A model generated the notes under the pieces. That model did not search any database. It was not told where the DNA came from and saw only the letters and a program-made list of their open reading frames with translations. A program made the translations under genes and the position numbers. Shown piece by piece: positions 56,098 through 64,000 of a DNA stretch of 64,000 nucleotides. Position 1 is the stretch's first letter. Each line of letters starts with the position of its first letter. Source of the DNA: an uncultured Pseudomonadota bacterium (GTDB lineage: Bacteria > Babelota > Babeliae > Babelales > UBA12411); contig CAZBHK010000002.1 of the NCBI GenBank assembly GCA_964491895.1, positions 79,660 to 143,659 on the forward strand, read 5' to 3'.

Positions 56098-58329
56098 ATG
56101 GATACTTTCAATGAATTTTTAAAACAACAACTTAATCCAGAACAACAAAAGGCTGTACTACATAAAAATGGTGCAATCTTAGTTATAGCAGGTGCTGGAT
56201 CAGGCAAAACAAGAATAATCACTGCAAGGATTACACAACTTATTCTAAATGAAAATGTTGATCCAAAATCTATAGTTGCCTTAACATTTACAAATAAAGC
56301 AGCTGGAGAAATGAAAGAACGTATAGCAAGGTTTCTTAAAGATAGTATCTCAATGCCTTTTATTGGAACTTTCCATTCATACTGTTTATTACTCCTTAGA
56401 CAAAACTCAAAAGTCGCTCCCTTTGAAAACTTTTCAATACTAGACGATGAAGATCAAATAGCATTAATAAGAAAAATAATTAAACGTTACGGACTAGAAA
56501 AACAAATCACTGCGGCACAAGCACTAAGTCAAATCTCATCACTAAAAAATAAACTATTATTTTCTCCGGACGAAAAAAACTTGGTTAAATCATTCATACG
56601 CGATATCCATGATGCCTATGAATCAGAACGTAAAATATCTCGTAGCTTAGACTTTGATGACCTTTTATTAGAGACATTAAAGCTATTTACAAAAAATCTT
56701 GAGTTTAAAGAAAAATTCCAATCAAAAATTAAACACCTCTTAGTCGATGAGTATCAGGACACTAATATAATCCAGCATGAACTACTAAAACATATGGCCC
56801 TCAATAATTCTAAAAACGTTATGGACTCTATCTGTGCAGTAGGTGATGAAGATCAATCTATATATTCATGGAGAGGCGCCCTTGTAGCCAATATATTAAA
56901 TTTTGAAAAGAATTTTGAACCTGTAACAAAAATTAAAATAGAACAAAATTATCGCTCTGTAGAACCTATCTTAAAAATTGCTAATACAATTATAGAAAAT
57001 AACCAACAACGAAATAAAAAGGAGTTATGGTCAACAAGAAAAGCTAATAACAGAGTAGTTGTAATCTCAAATAAATCTGAATATCAAGAAGCAGACGCTA
57101 TTAGCCTATTTTTGGAAACACTACCTAACAATAACACCGCTATTTTATACAGGACACATTTTCAATCACGAGTGATTGAAGAAGCTCTTATATCTAAGGG
57201 AATCCCATACAAAATTATTGGTGGTATCCAGTTCTATCAACGTAAAGAAATAAAAGATATTCTTGCATACCTACGTATTATTGCAAATCCATTTGATAGA
57301 GTAAGCTTTTTCAGAATTTTAAATGTCCCCAGCCGTGGTATTGGTAATGTATTTGAAAATCTAATTATAGAAGAATGGGAACAAGATCCAAAGCTTAACT
57401 GTCTAGAATTATTAGAAAAAATTGTTGAAACTGATCAAATAACACAATCAAGAAAAGAATCACTACAAGGCCTTATCGATGTTTTTTACGGTTTAGATAA
57501 ATATAAAAAAACAAGCTTTCTTATAAAAACAATTTTGGACAAAACAGTCTATACAGAATATTTGAGAAAAGATTTCGAAGAACGAGAAGCTGAAAGCAAA
57601 ATTGAAAATATTAGAGAACTACAACAATCTGTAACCTATTATGAAGATAATGAATCTAACACTAATAAATCATTAGAAAACTTTCTGCAAGAAGTAGCCT
57701 TAATGCAAGAAGCAACAGAAAAAAAGGAATTGCCTTCTGTTCTACTGATGACGTTACATGCAGCAAAAGGATTAGAATTCAATAACGTTATTATTACTGG
57801 GCTAGAAGAAAATCTATTACCTAGCACTAGGTCACTTATAAGTCATGAAGCATTAGAAGAAGAACGACGACTTTTCTATGTAGGCATAACAAGAGCGAAG
57901 GAACGATTAATATTATCGCACTCACAAACACGTAACAGCTTTGGACAAATGAATGAACAAGTCTCATCACGATTCATAGATGAGGTTCCCAAAAAATTCA
58001 TACAAGAAATCAATGCAGTATATTTAAAATCTTTCCAAATAAAAGAACTTTGGAGACAATGGCTTGGGTCTAAAGCTGAAAAAGAAATTATATTCTTTGG
58101 AGGAACAACATCATCAAAGCCTATGCCTATCAAAAAAATCACAAAAGCCATAAATAGCTTTATAAATACCAATGAACCATGGCGAAAAAATCAACTAGTA
58201 ATGCATAAAAAATTTGGAACTGGTATAATTAAAAAAGTAGAAAAACGAGATCATGAAATCTATTTTATAACAGCAGCATTCAAATCTGGTGAAAAAACCT
58301 TACTCTCCAATTTTCTAACCCTTATATAA
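56098..58329 (+). CDS. uvrD: UvrD/PcrA-family SF1 DNA helicase
   Basis: LNPEQQKAV, Walker A AGAGSGKT, LVDEYQDTN, YRS, TLHAAKGLEF and YVGITRAK. Confidence 0.92.
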   Translation: MDTFNEFLKQQLNPEQQKAVLHKNGAILVIAGAGSGKTRIITARITQLILNENVDPKSIVALTFTNKAAGEMKERIARFLKDSISMPFIGTFHSYCLLLLRQNSKVAPFENFSILDDEDQIALIRKIIKRYGLEKQITAAQALSQISSLKNKLLFSPDEKNLVKSFIRDIHDAYESERKISRSLDFDDLLLETLKLFTKNLEFKEKFQSKIKHLLVDEYQDTNIIQHELLKHMALNNSKNVMDSICAVGDEDQSIYSWRGALVANILNFEKNFEPVTKIKIEQNYRSVEPILKIANTIIENNQQRNKKELWSTRKANNRVVVISNKSEYQEADAISLFLETLPNNNTAILYRTHFQSRVIEEALISKGIPYKIIGGIQFYQRKEIKDILAYLRIIANPFDRVSFFRILNVPSRGIGNVFENLIIEEWEQDPKLNCLELLEKIVETDQITQSRKESLQGLIDVFYGLDKYKKTSFLIKTILDKTVYTEYLRKDFEEREAESKIENIRELQQSVTYYEDNESNTNKSLENFLQEVALMQEATEKKELPSVLLMTLHAAKGLEFNNVIITGLEENLLPSTRSLISHEALEEERRLFYVGITRAKERLILSHSQTRNSFGQMNEQVSSRFIDEVPKKFIQEINAVYLKSFQIKELWRQWLGSKAEKEIIFFGGTTSSKPMPIKKITKAINSFINTNEPWRKNQLVMHKKFGTGIIKKVEKRDHEIYFITAAFKSGEKTLLSNFLTLI

Positions 58330-58393
58330 TGAGCCTTTGACTCACAAGCCTCTTCTAGTATAATAATAAATATTAAATACAAAGGTTATTTTC

Positions 58394-59524
58394 ATGTTCA
58401 AAAAGCTCATTCTAATACTTTTATTACAATCAACAATTTTTGCTGAGTCTATTCAAAAAAAAGATACGTCAGATAAATTAATTGATGCTATAGAATTCGT
58501 AGCTGATTTAGATCTTGATCAAGCATTATTAATGGAAATTTTACATACAGGTCCCTCTGCAATAACATCCCTTACAGGACGAGAATTTCATAACCTGACT
58601 ACAACCATTGGAGAACGCCTAGGACAAGCAGGAATGCAAAATTTTATAGAAGGTCACTCAGTTAAACTCTTACCCAATAATATGCGAAATTTTATTAAAG
58701 AGGCTCTAAATACTAAAAAGGGATACAGTTTAAGTCAAAATGGGTACTCAGAAGCTTTACGTCTACTGGTAGAAACAAATAATTATAAAAAATGCTTAGA
58801 AGATTATAAAGCCGAAATTAAAAAATTTTTGATTCAATACTTTGAAAAAAATAATATTAATACAAAATATCAAGAAAAAATACTAGATAACTTTAATCTT
58901 AATAACCATGATGCAATAATCAATAATATAGAAAATGGATTAAATTTACTTGCAGAATATGGTGCTATTGGTATCAATCCTAAAGATTTCAAATTTGAAC
59001 TTATCAAGCATCTCTCAGAAAATAAAAAAACATTTGATGATTTATTGATTCCCTTTGTTAATAAGAAAAAATTCACGGCTATTCTATTAGCTGGTGCAAT
59101 AACACATATAGCAATAAATAAAGTTAGTATGGATATATTTTCACCCGAAAGTAACCTTCTATTTCTATCTATATTAAATAGTATAATACCTATGACCGAT
59201 AACAGTAGTGGTTCATATTTGTGGCGTAACATATTCAATATAAAAGAAATAAACATCATGGGTATTAGAAAGACTGTATCTTTAACTTTTTTAATACATA
59301 ACTTCTATAGCTATCTAAGTAATTATATGCAAAATATCTCTAAGTCATCAGATGAAAATAATTTCTGGTATAGTGCTAGAATATTATCTCTGCCATTGGC
59401 ACTCTTTATATATTCAGTAAGCATCTATGAAGAAGGCTCAGATCTTTCTAAGATATATAATCTTAAAAAAAATCTTGAACAGCTTAAAAAGAAATTACAA
59501 AAACAACAACCTCAAACAGCTTAA
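58394..59524 (+). CDS. Hypothetical membrane protein with signal peptide (376 aa)
   Basis: Signal peptide MFKKLILILLLQSTIFA and several C-terminal hydrophobic helices. No recognised motif. Confidence 0.45.
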   Translation: MFKKLILILLLQSTIFAESIQKKDTSDKLIDAIEFVADLDLDQALLMEILHTGPSAITSLTGREFHNLTTTIGERLGQAGMQNFIEGHSVKLLPNNMRNFIKEALNTKKGYSLSQNGYSEALRLLVETNNYKKCLEDYKAEIKKFLIQYFEKNNINTKYQEKILDNFNLNNHDAIINNIENGLNLLAEYGAIGINPKDFKFELIKHLSENKKTFDDLLIPFVNKKKFTAILLAGAITHIAINKVSMDIFSPESNLLFLSILNSIIPMTDNSSGSYLWRNIFNIKEINIMGIRKTVSLTFLIHNFYSYLSNYMQNISKSSDENNFWYSARILSLPLALFIYSVSIYEEGSDLSKIYNLKKNLEQLKKKLQKQQPQTA

Positions 59525-60192
59525 ACGTTACTTTCCATAGATGTGGAATTATAAGTATAAGGAATAGATTCATTCAATTCCTTGATAGAAACATTTAATA
59601 TTTTTAAGCGTTTTTTCTGCTTTGGTGTCATGTCCCAATCACCTATCTTAAATGTTAGTTTCGTAATAAAAATTTTACCAATATATGTTAATTTCTCAAT
59701 AAGTTCTGGATCAATAGTTATTTCTTTATTAATGATTATATCTTTACCTATAATTTTTCCGTTTGGTAAAATTACGCCGTCTCCTGGCAATACGTAATAA
59801 CCATCCTTAGCCTGAACAATATCATATAACTGACCCTTAAACTCTAGATTTTTCTCAAGATAAGGACCTTGCCAATTTTCCTTGTGTGCCAAATTAAGAG
59901 GACCAACTATTGAACCAGAGAAATCCTTAACTGTAAAAAAATTAATAGGATTTTTCTCACCCTTAATAGAAAGAATATTACATTCCTTATCTATCGTATT
60001 AAAAATTTCAACAATCGTTCCCATATCCTTTAACAAAGCTTCTGCATTTACATGTGGCCTATCCTTCATATACATATATATTCCAAAAGATAACCCAATG
60101 ACTAAAAAAGTAATTGAAAATATAGGAAATAATTTTTTACTAAATGAACGAGTTTCTTTAAAACTTATTAACCCTTTTAACTTATTTATCAT
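59521..60192 (-). CDS. Membrane-anchored hypothetical protein with weak GspG/pseudopilin-like C-terminal pattern
   Basis: One TM helix (LFPIFSITFLVIGLSFGIYMYM). The globular part contains NWQGPYLEKN ... YDIVQAKDGYYVLPGDG, reminiscent of the W-x-GPYL ... PG..G pattern of major pseudopilins. No canonical prepilin G/F-x-x-x-E site. Confidence 0.3.
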   Translation of the reverse strand: MINKLKGLISFKETRSFSKKLFPIFSITFLVIGLSFGIYMYMKDRPHVNAEALLKDMGTIVEIFNTIDKECNILSIKGEKNPINFFTVKDFSGSIVGPLNLAHKENWQGPYLEKNLEFKGQLYDIVQAKDGYYVLPGDGVILPNGKIIGKDIIINKEITIDPELIEKLTYIGKIFITKLTFKIGDWDMTPKQKKRLKILNVSIKELNESIPYTYNSTSMESNV

Positions 60193-60268
60193 AACGACTC
60201 CCCCTAAAAATAATTTAAGTTGCTATAATAAAATAGAAAAAATAATTCTTTAAAATAAAGAGTTTAAT

Positions 60269-60943
60269 TTAAAAATATCCGAGTGCTACACAAAAATCAT
60301 ATAAAAAATATATGGCTCCGAGCATAAGCAAAATACCTGTCATTTTTGATATATTTTTAAGTTTTTTACCAGCCAATGTAGCACCCATTCTACTTGATAC
60401 AAAACTTAATATAGAAAAACTAGTTAAAGTCCCAAAACTCACCATCAAGACTCCCAGCATTCCTGTAAATCTCCCAATATCCGAAAATAATTCAGATACC
60501 TGTATACTCATATATCCAAAATACAAAATTGCTCCAGGACTAAATAAAGTAACCAAAAAAGCCTTGATAAAAATAGCCAAAACACCTTCTTTTACGGTTA
60601 TTTTAACTGTATCTAAAGTTACAATATGCTTAATAAAATAATAAATACCAAGCCCTAGTAAAAAAAGACCACCTAATAAATCCAATGTTAAATGTAAAAA
60701 AGTAGATCTACCTATAAATGTTAAAAAACCAGCAAGACTTAATGCAAAAAGAATACCATCAGCTACACTAGAACCTATAGCTGTAGCAAAGCCCTTCCAA
60801 AAACCATAAATCGCTGCTCTATTGAAAGTTAAAACAAAAATTGGTCCGATACCTATTGTAGAAATGATTCCAACAACATAACAAAACATCAAAAATTTTA
60901 TAAACATAATAGCCTTCCATCTGCTAGAATTAAAGGATAACAT
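60269..60943 (-). CDS. LysE/RhtB-family amino-acid exporter-like membrane protein
   Basis: About 6 TM helices. N-terminal GPIFVLTFNRAAIYGFWKGF resembles the LysE family motif. About 220 aa. Confidence 0.55.
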   Translation of the reverse strand: MLSFNSSRWKAIMFIKFLMFCYVVGIISTIGIGPIFVLTFNRAAIYGFWKGFATAIGSSVADGILFALSLAGFLTFIGRSTFLHLTLDLLGGLFLLGLGIYYFIKHIVTLDTVKITVKEGVLAIFIKAFLVTLFSPGAILYFGYMSIQVSELFSDIGRFTGMLGVLMVSFGTLTSFSILSFVSSRMGATLAGKKLKNISKMTGILLMLGAIYFLYDFCVALGYF

Positions 60944-61011
60944 ATAGCTCTATAATTGACGAAGATTCTTTTAATTTCTAGAATAATTTCTTTATAGATA
61001 TCTAAATAATT

Positions 61012-62334
61012 ATGAAAGTAAACATTTTGGAAACTCAAATAAATTTTGGAACTGATGGTATCCGTGGAAACGCCGAAAATTTTCCATTTACAGAAGAAGC
61101 ACTCACTAGACTAGGAACATCTATAGCAATCTGGGCGAACCAAAAATTTCAACAACCTAATGCTTTAATAATTTCTGACCCGAGGATCTCTTCTTACAGA
61201 ATTACAACAACTCTATCCAAAGCTCTACAATCCAACGGTATAAATATATTCAATGGTGGAGTGCTACCCACACCTGCAGTCTCTCTACTAATAACTAAAA
61301 GATTCAACTTCGGTATAATGATCTCCGCTTCACACAACCCATATGAAGATAATGGCATAAAGCTCTTTGATGGTAATAATGGTAAACTTTCTAAAAATGA
61401 TGAACTCCTTATTCAAAAATATTTTTCTGAATGTAAACCATTATCAACAACCCATACACAACAATCCTGGAACGATGCATTCTCTATATATAAAACAACT
61501 ATAATTTCCAAATTTCAACCAAACTTTCTTAAAGATTTAAGGATAGTTCTGGATTGCGCTAATGGAGCAACGTCTAAAATAGCACCTGAAATTTTTAACT
61601 CTCTAGGTGCAAAAGTTATTGTCATAGCAAATCAACCAAATGGTAAAAATATTAATGAAGATTGTGGAACACTATATCCTCAAAATCTTAAAAATGCCGT
61701 CCTAAATAATAATGCAGATATAGGATTTGCTTTTGATGGTGATGGAGACAGAGTCATTGCTATAAATAAAAATGGAATAATAAAAGATGGTGATGACCTA
61801 TTAGCCATATTAATAAAACATCCATCCTTCTGTAATATCAAGACTGTTGTTGGAACAATAATGACTAATTATGGGTTCGAACTTTATCTTAATTCACAAA
61901 ATAAATCTTTAATTAGAACCAATGTTGGTGACAAGTATATTTCTACAAAACTTGAAGAAGCAAACTTACAAATAGGTGGAGAAACATCTGGACACATCAT
62001 AATCAAAGACTACTTGCCTACAGGAGATGGTATTTTTATTGCACTAAAAACCTTAGAAAGTGTAATCTATACACAAAATTTTGAACTAACAAGCTTTGAA
62101 AAACAACCACAAGTATTAATTAATATCAAAGTTAATAAAAAAGAAGATTTAACTCAACAGCCATATGCCAGCTTAATAGAAAACTACAAAACAAAAATGA
62201 AAAATGGAAGAATTGTGGTAAGATATTCAGGTACAGAAAACCTGTTACGTATAATGATAGAAGCAGAAACATCAGAAATCGCTAATTTAATAGCAATTTC
62301 ATTGGCAAATGAACTACAAGTAGCTCTTAATTAA
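61012..62334 (+). CDS. glmM: Phosphoglucosamine mutase
   Basis: NFGTDGIRG, the phosphoserine loop SASHNPYEDNGIK, the Mg site FDGDGDR, GGETSGH, and C-terminal RYSGTENLLRIM. Confidence 0.88.
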   Translation: MKVNILETQINFGTDGIRGNAENFPFTEEALTRLGTSIAIWANQKFQQPNALIISDPRISSYRITTTLSKALQSNGINIFNGGVLPTPAVSLLITKRFNFGIMISASHNPYEDNGIKLFDGNNGKLSKNDELLIQKYFSECKPLSTTHTQQSWNDAFSIYKTTIISKFQPNFLKDLRIVLDCANGATSKIAPEIFNSLGAKVIVIANQPNGKNINEDCGTLYPQNLKNAVLNNNADIGFAFDGDGDRVIAINKNGIIKDGDDLLAILIKHPSFCNIKTVVGTIMTNYGFELYLNSQNKSLIRTNVGDKYISTKLEEANLQIGGETSGHIIIKDYLPTGDGIFIALKTLESVIYTQNFELTSFEKQPQVLINIKVNKKEDLTQQPYASLIENYKTKMKNGRIVVRYSGTENLLRIMIEAETSEIANLIAISLANELQVALN

Positions 62335-62343
62335 GGAAAAAAA

Positions 62344-62985
62344 ATGGATAAAAATACTTTTTTACGAAAAATCTATACGTTTATAAAGTCAATTTTTCTA
62401 AACGGCCTATTTGCCATATTTCCATTAGCTGCAACCATTTTTGTGATTAACTTCATTTATAATTTAACTTCAAAATGGCTAGCCCCACTTAAAAAAATAG
62501 AGCCTAATATCTTAAAAAATATTCCAGGAGCAGAATTTATACTATTTATTGTTTTCATAATGACTATAGGAATCTTATTAAAATTTTTAATTATTATACC
62601 TATCATCCATTGGGCTGAACATCTTATAAAAAAAATACCTATTATTAACACTATATACTCTAGCTCCAAAACCCTAATTAATTTCTTCAATGTCCCAGAT
62701 TCTAATGGTATTCAACGTAAAGTTATCCTTGTAAGATATCCAAACAAGGAATATTTCAATATTGCATTTCTTGTGGGAACAGCAAATAAATTCGAAGAAT
62801 TGCTTCCTGATCAGTTTAAAAAAGGCATAGAATACGTAAAAGTCTTCATGCCAACTACTCCTAACCCAACTACTGGTTATTTCTTTATTCTACCAAGATC
62901 AGAAATAGTAGAAACTGAAATATCTTTTGAAAATGCAATAAAAATGATTGGTTCCTGTGGGTTAATCTCAACGGAGCACATATAA
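62344..62985 (+). CDS. DUF502-family membrane protein
   Basis: Two TM helices with IFPLAATIFV and IPIINTIYSSSK blocks, plus a C-terminal PTTPNPTTGYFFILP typical of DUF502. Confidence 0.6.
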   Translation: MDKNTFLRKIYTFIKSIFLNGLFAIFPLAATIFVINFIYNLTSKWLAPLKKIEPNILKNIPGAEFILFIVFIMTIGILLKFLIIIPIIHWAEHLIKKIPIINTIYSSSKTLINFFNVPDSNGIQRKVILVRYPNKEYFNIAFLVGTANKFEELLPDQFKKGIEYVKVFMPTTPNPTTGYFFILPRSEIVETEISFENAIKMIGSCGLISTEHI

Positions 62986-64000
62986 TTGGTATTAAAACGT
63001 TTTCTGAATCTAAAATTACTTTTTTACTTTCTACTAATTAATGGTTCGTTAACTCTCTTATATACATTAATTGGATTTATAGAAAAGCTAGTACGAGAAA
63101 ATAACTCATCCATTGAAGCTATAATAATTTTTATGGCTTTAAATTTTATACCTACATTCTTCGAATTAATACCGTTAAGTTCCTGGATTACAACCTGCTT
63201 ACTACTATGGGAATTAAACCAAAGTAAAGCCTTAGAAGCATTTAATCTACTCAGCATTAACTCAATAAAAATAGTAAAATTTTTCTTATTAAGTAGCATT
63301 TTATTATCAGTGACAAGCTTTATAGGTAAAGAAATTGCTATACACCCACTTATAAAAAGTACCAAGAAATATAAACTAAAAAATATACGCCAAGAATTCA
63401 ATAATAAAATTTTCGATAAATGGTTACTATTACCAAACAATAGTTTTCTCTACTTTGAATTTATAGATCTTCATAAAAACTCTGGTACAGGACTAATTAT
63501 TATCAAAATGTCGGATACATTCATAGCTGAAGAAAAAATAGAAGCTCCCATATTTATTTTAAACCCTCAAACAAACTCGATCATACTAGAAAACAGTTCT
63601 ATTACCAATTTTGATAACAATACATCTAATACCAAACTAAAAACACTCATTATTCCCGAATTATTTATGCATCTAAATATGTTTAATGAAACACCTTCTT
63701 TAAAACATCAAATACAAAATATTATCCTAGCTAGTAACTTATCATTACATTACCCCCTTAACCAAGAACTTGGAAAGCTCCTTTCCAGACTACTTTTACA
63801 TCTACAACCATTAATTTACATACTTTTAACACTATGCCTTTTTCTTATTAGTCAAAATTTTAACTGGCTAAAATGGCTACTTGTGGCTACTCCATATCCA
63901 TTACTACTTGTATCCATGTCATTTACAGAATTCATGCTTCAACATAATTCTACTGCTTTCATAGTCATAATTCCTTATCTAATAGGTCTTATACTTATTG
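62986..64000 (+). CDS. LptF/LptG-family (YjgP/YjgQ) LPS export permease, 3'-truncated by window edge; TTG start
   Basis: The frame is open from the TTG at 62986 to the window end. Translation begins (M)VLKRFLNLKLLFYFLLINGSLTLLYTLIGFIEKL, giving 3 N-terminal TM helices. A soluble insert follows (WLLLPNNSFLYFEFIDLHKNSGTGLIIIKM), then C-terminal TM helices. It is absent from the ORF track because there is no in-window stop. Confidence 0.65.
   Translation, partial: MVLKRFLNLKLLFYFLLINGSLTLLYTLIGFIEKLVRENNSSIEAIIIFMALNFIPTFFELIPLSSWITTCLLLWELNQSKALEAFNLLSINSIKIVKFFLLSSILLSVTSFIGKEIAIHPLIKSTKKYKLKNIRQEFNNKIFDKWLLLPNNSFLYFEFIDLHKNSGTGLIIIKMSDTFIAEEKIEAPIFILNPQTNSIILENSSITNFDNNTSNTKLKTLIIPELFMHLNMFNETPSLKHQIQNIILASNLSLHYPLNQELGKLLSRLLLHLQPLIYILLTLCLFLISQNFNWLKWLLVATPYPLLLVSMSFTEFMLQHNSTAFIVIIPYLIGLILI

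Noticed and set aside
63024-63440. 138-aa minus-strand track ORF at the window end.
   Set aside because: It is antisense to a much longer open plus-strand frame with LptF/G-like TM topology running to the window edge.
1-64000. Search for CRISPR arrays, IS elements/transposases, integrases, phage genes, toxin-antitoxin pairs or known defence-system ATPase/nuclease pairs.
   Set aside because: I noticed no regularly spaced direct repeats, terminal inverted repeats or recombinase/transposase-like ORFs. The only repeats found are the 21-bp x2 coding repeat and the ~85-nt paralog leader duplication.

Overview
AT-rich, very gene-dense bacterial chromosome segment, with many 1-4 nt start/stop overlaps. 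I count about 60 credible CDS and 4 tRNAs. I found no rRNA, CRISPR array, transposase, integrase or obvious prophage. Most of the window is housekeeping: lepA, gyrA, dprA, ruvB, yebC, tig-like, trxB, rpmH-rnpA-yidD, rsmG, dus, secD, plsY, serS, hemW, uvrD/pcrA, nfo, glmM. Diderm envelope genes are present: a TolC-like/MacA/split-MacB efflux pump, an LptF/G-like permease, and the heptose-LPS genes hldE plus two GT9 glycosyltransferases. Scattered among these are signal-peptide-bearing orphan proteins. This suggests a reduced, host-associated diderm, possibly Dependentiae/TM6-like; that is inference only. The best candidates for a second look are: (1) an accessory-looking block at 38978-43376 with a relatively GC-rich 150-nt leader or 48-aa mini-ORF, a divergent Fe/Mn SOD, separate LigD phosphoesterase and LigD primase-polymerase ORFs, and a convergent long Lig1/archaeal-type ATP ligase, with no Ku in the window; (2) a tRNA-punctuated operon tRNA-Leu(AAG)-secD-tRNA(CAU)-plsY with 0- and 4-nt junctions, whose Leu tRNA has an unusual A34 anticodon; (3) a translationally coupled membrane alpha/beta-hydrolase plus a CxxC-less thioredoxin-fold protein with a Tyr/His/Arg-rich tail; (4) a secreted CX5R phosphatase-like protein; (5) tandemly duplicated small secreted proteins; (6) a serS-DUF58-DUF4381-hemW operon lacking MoxR. 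All functional calls rest on motif recognition by eye; no database search was run.
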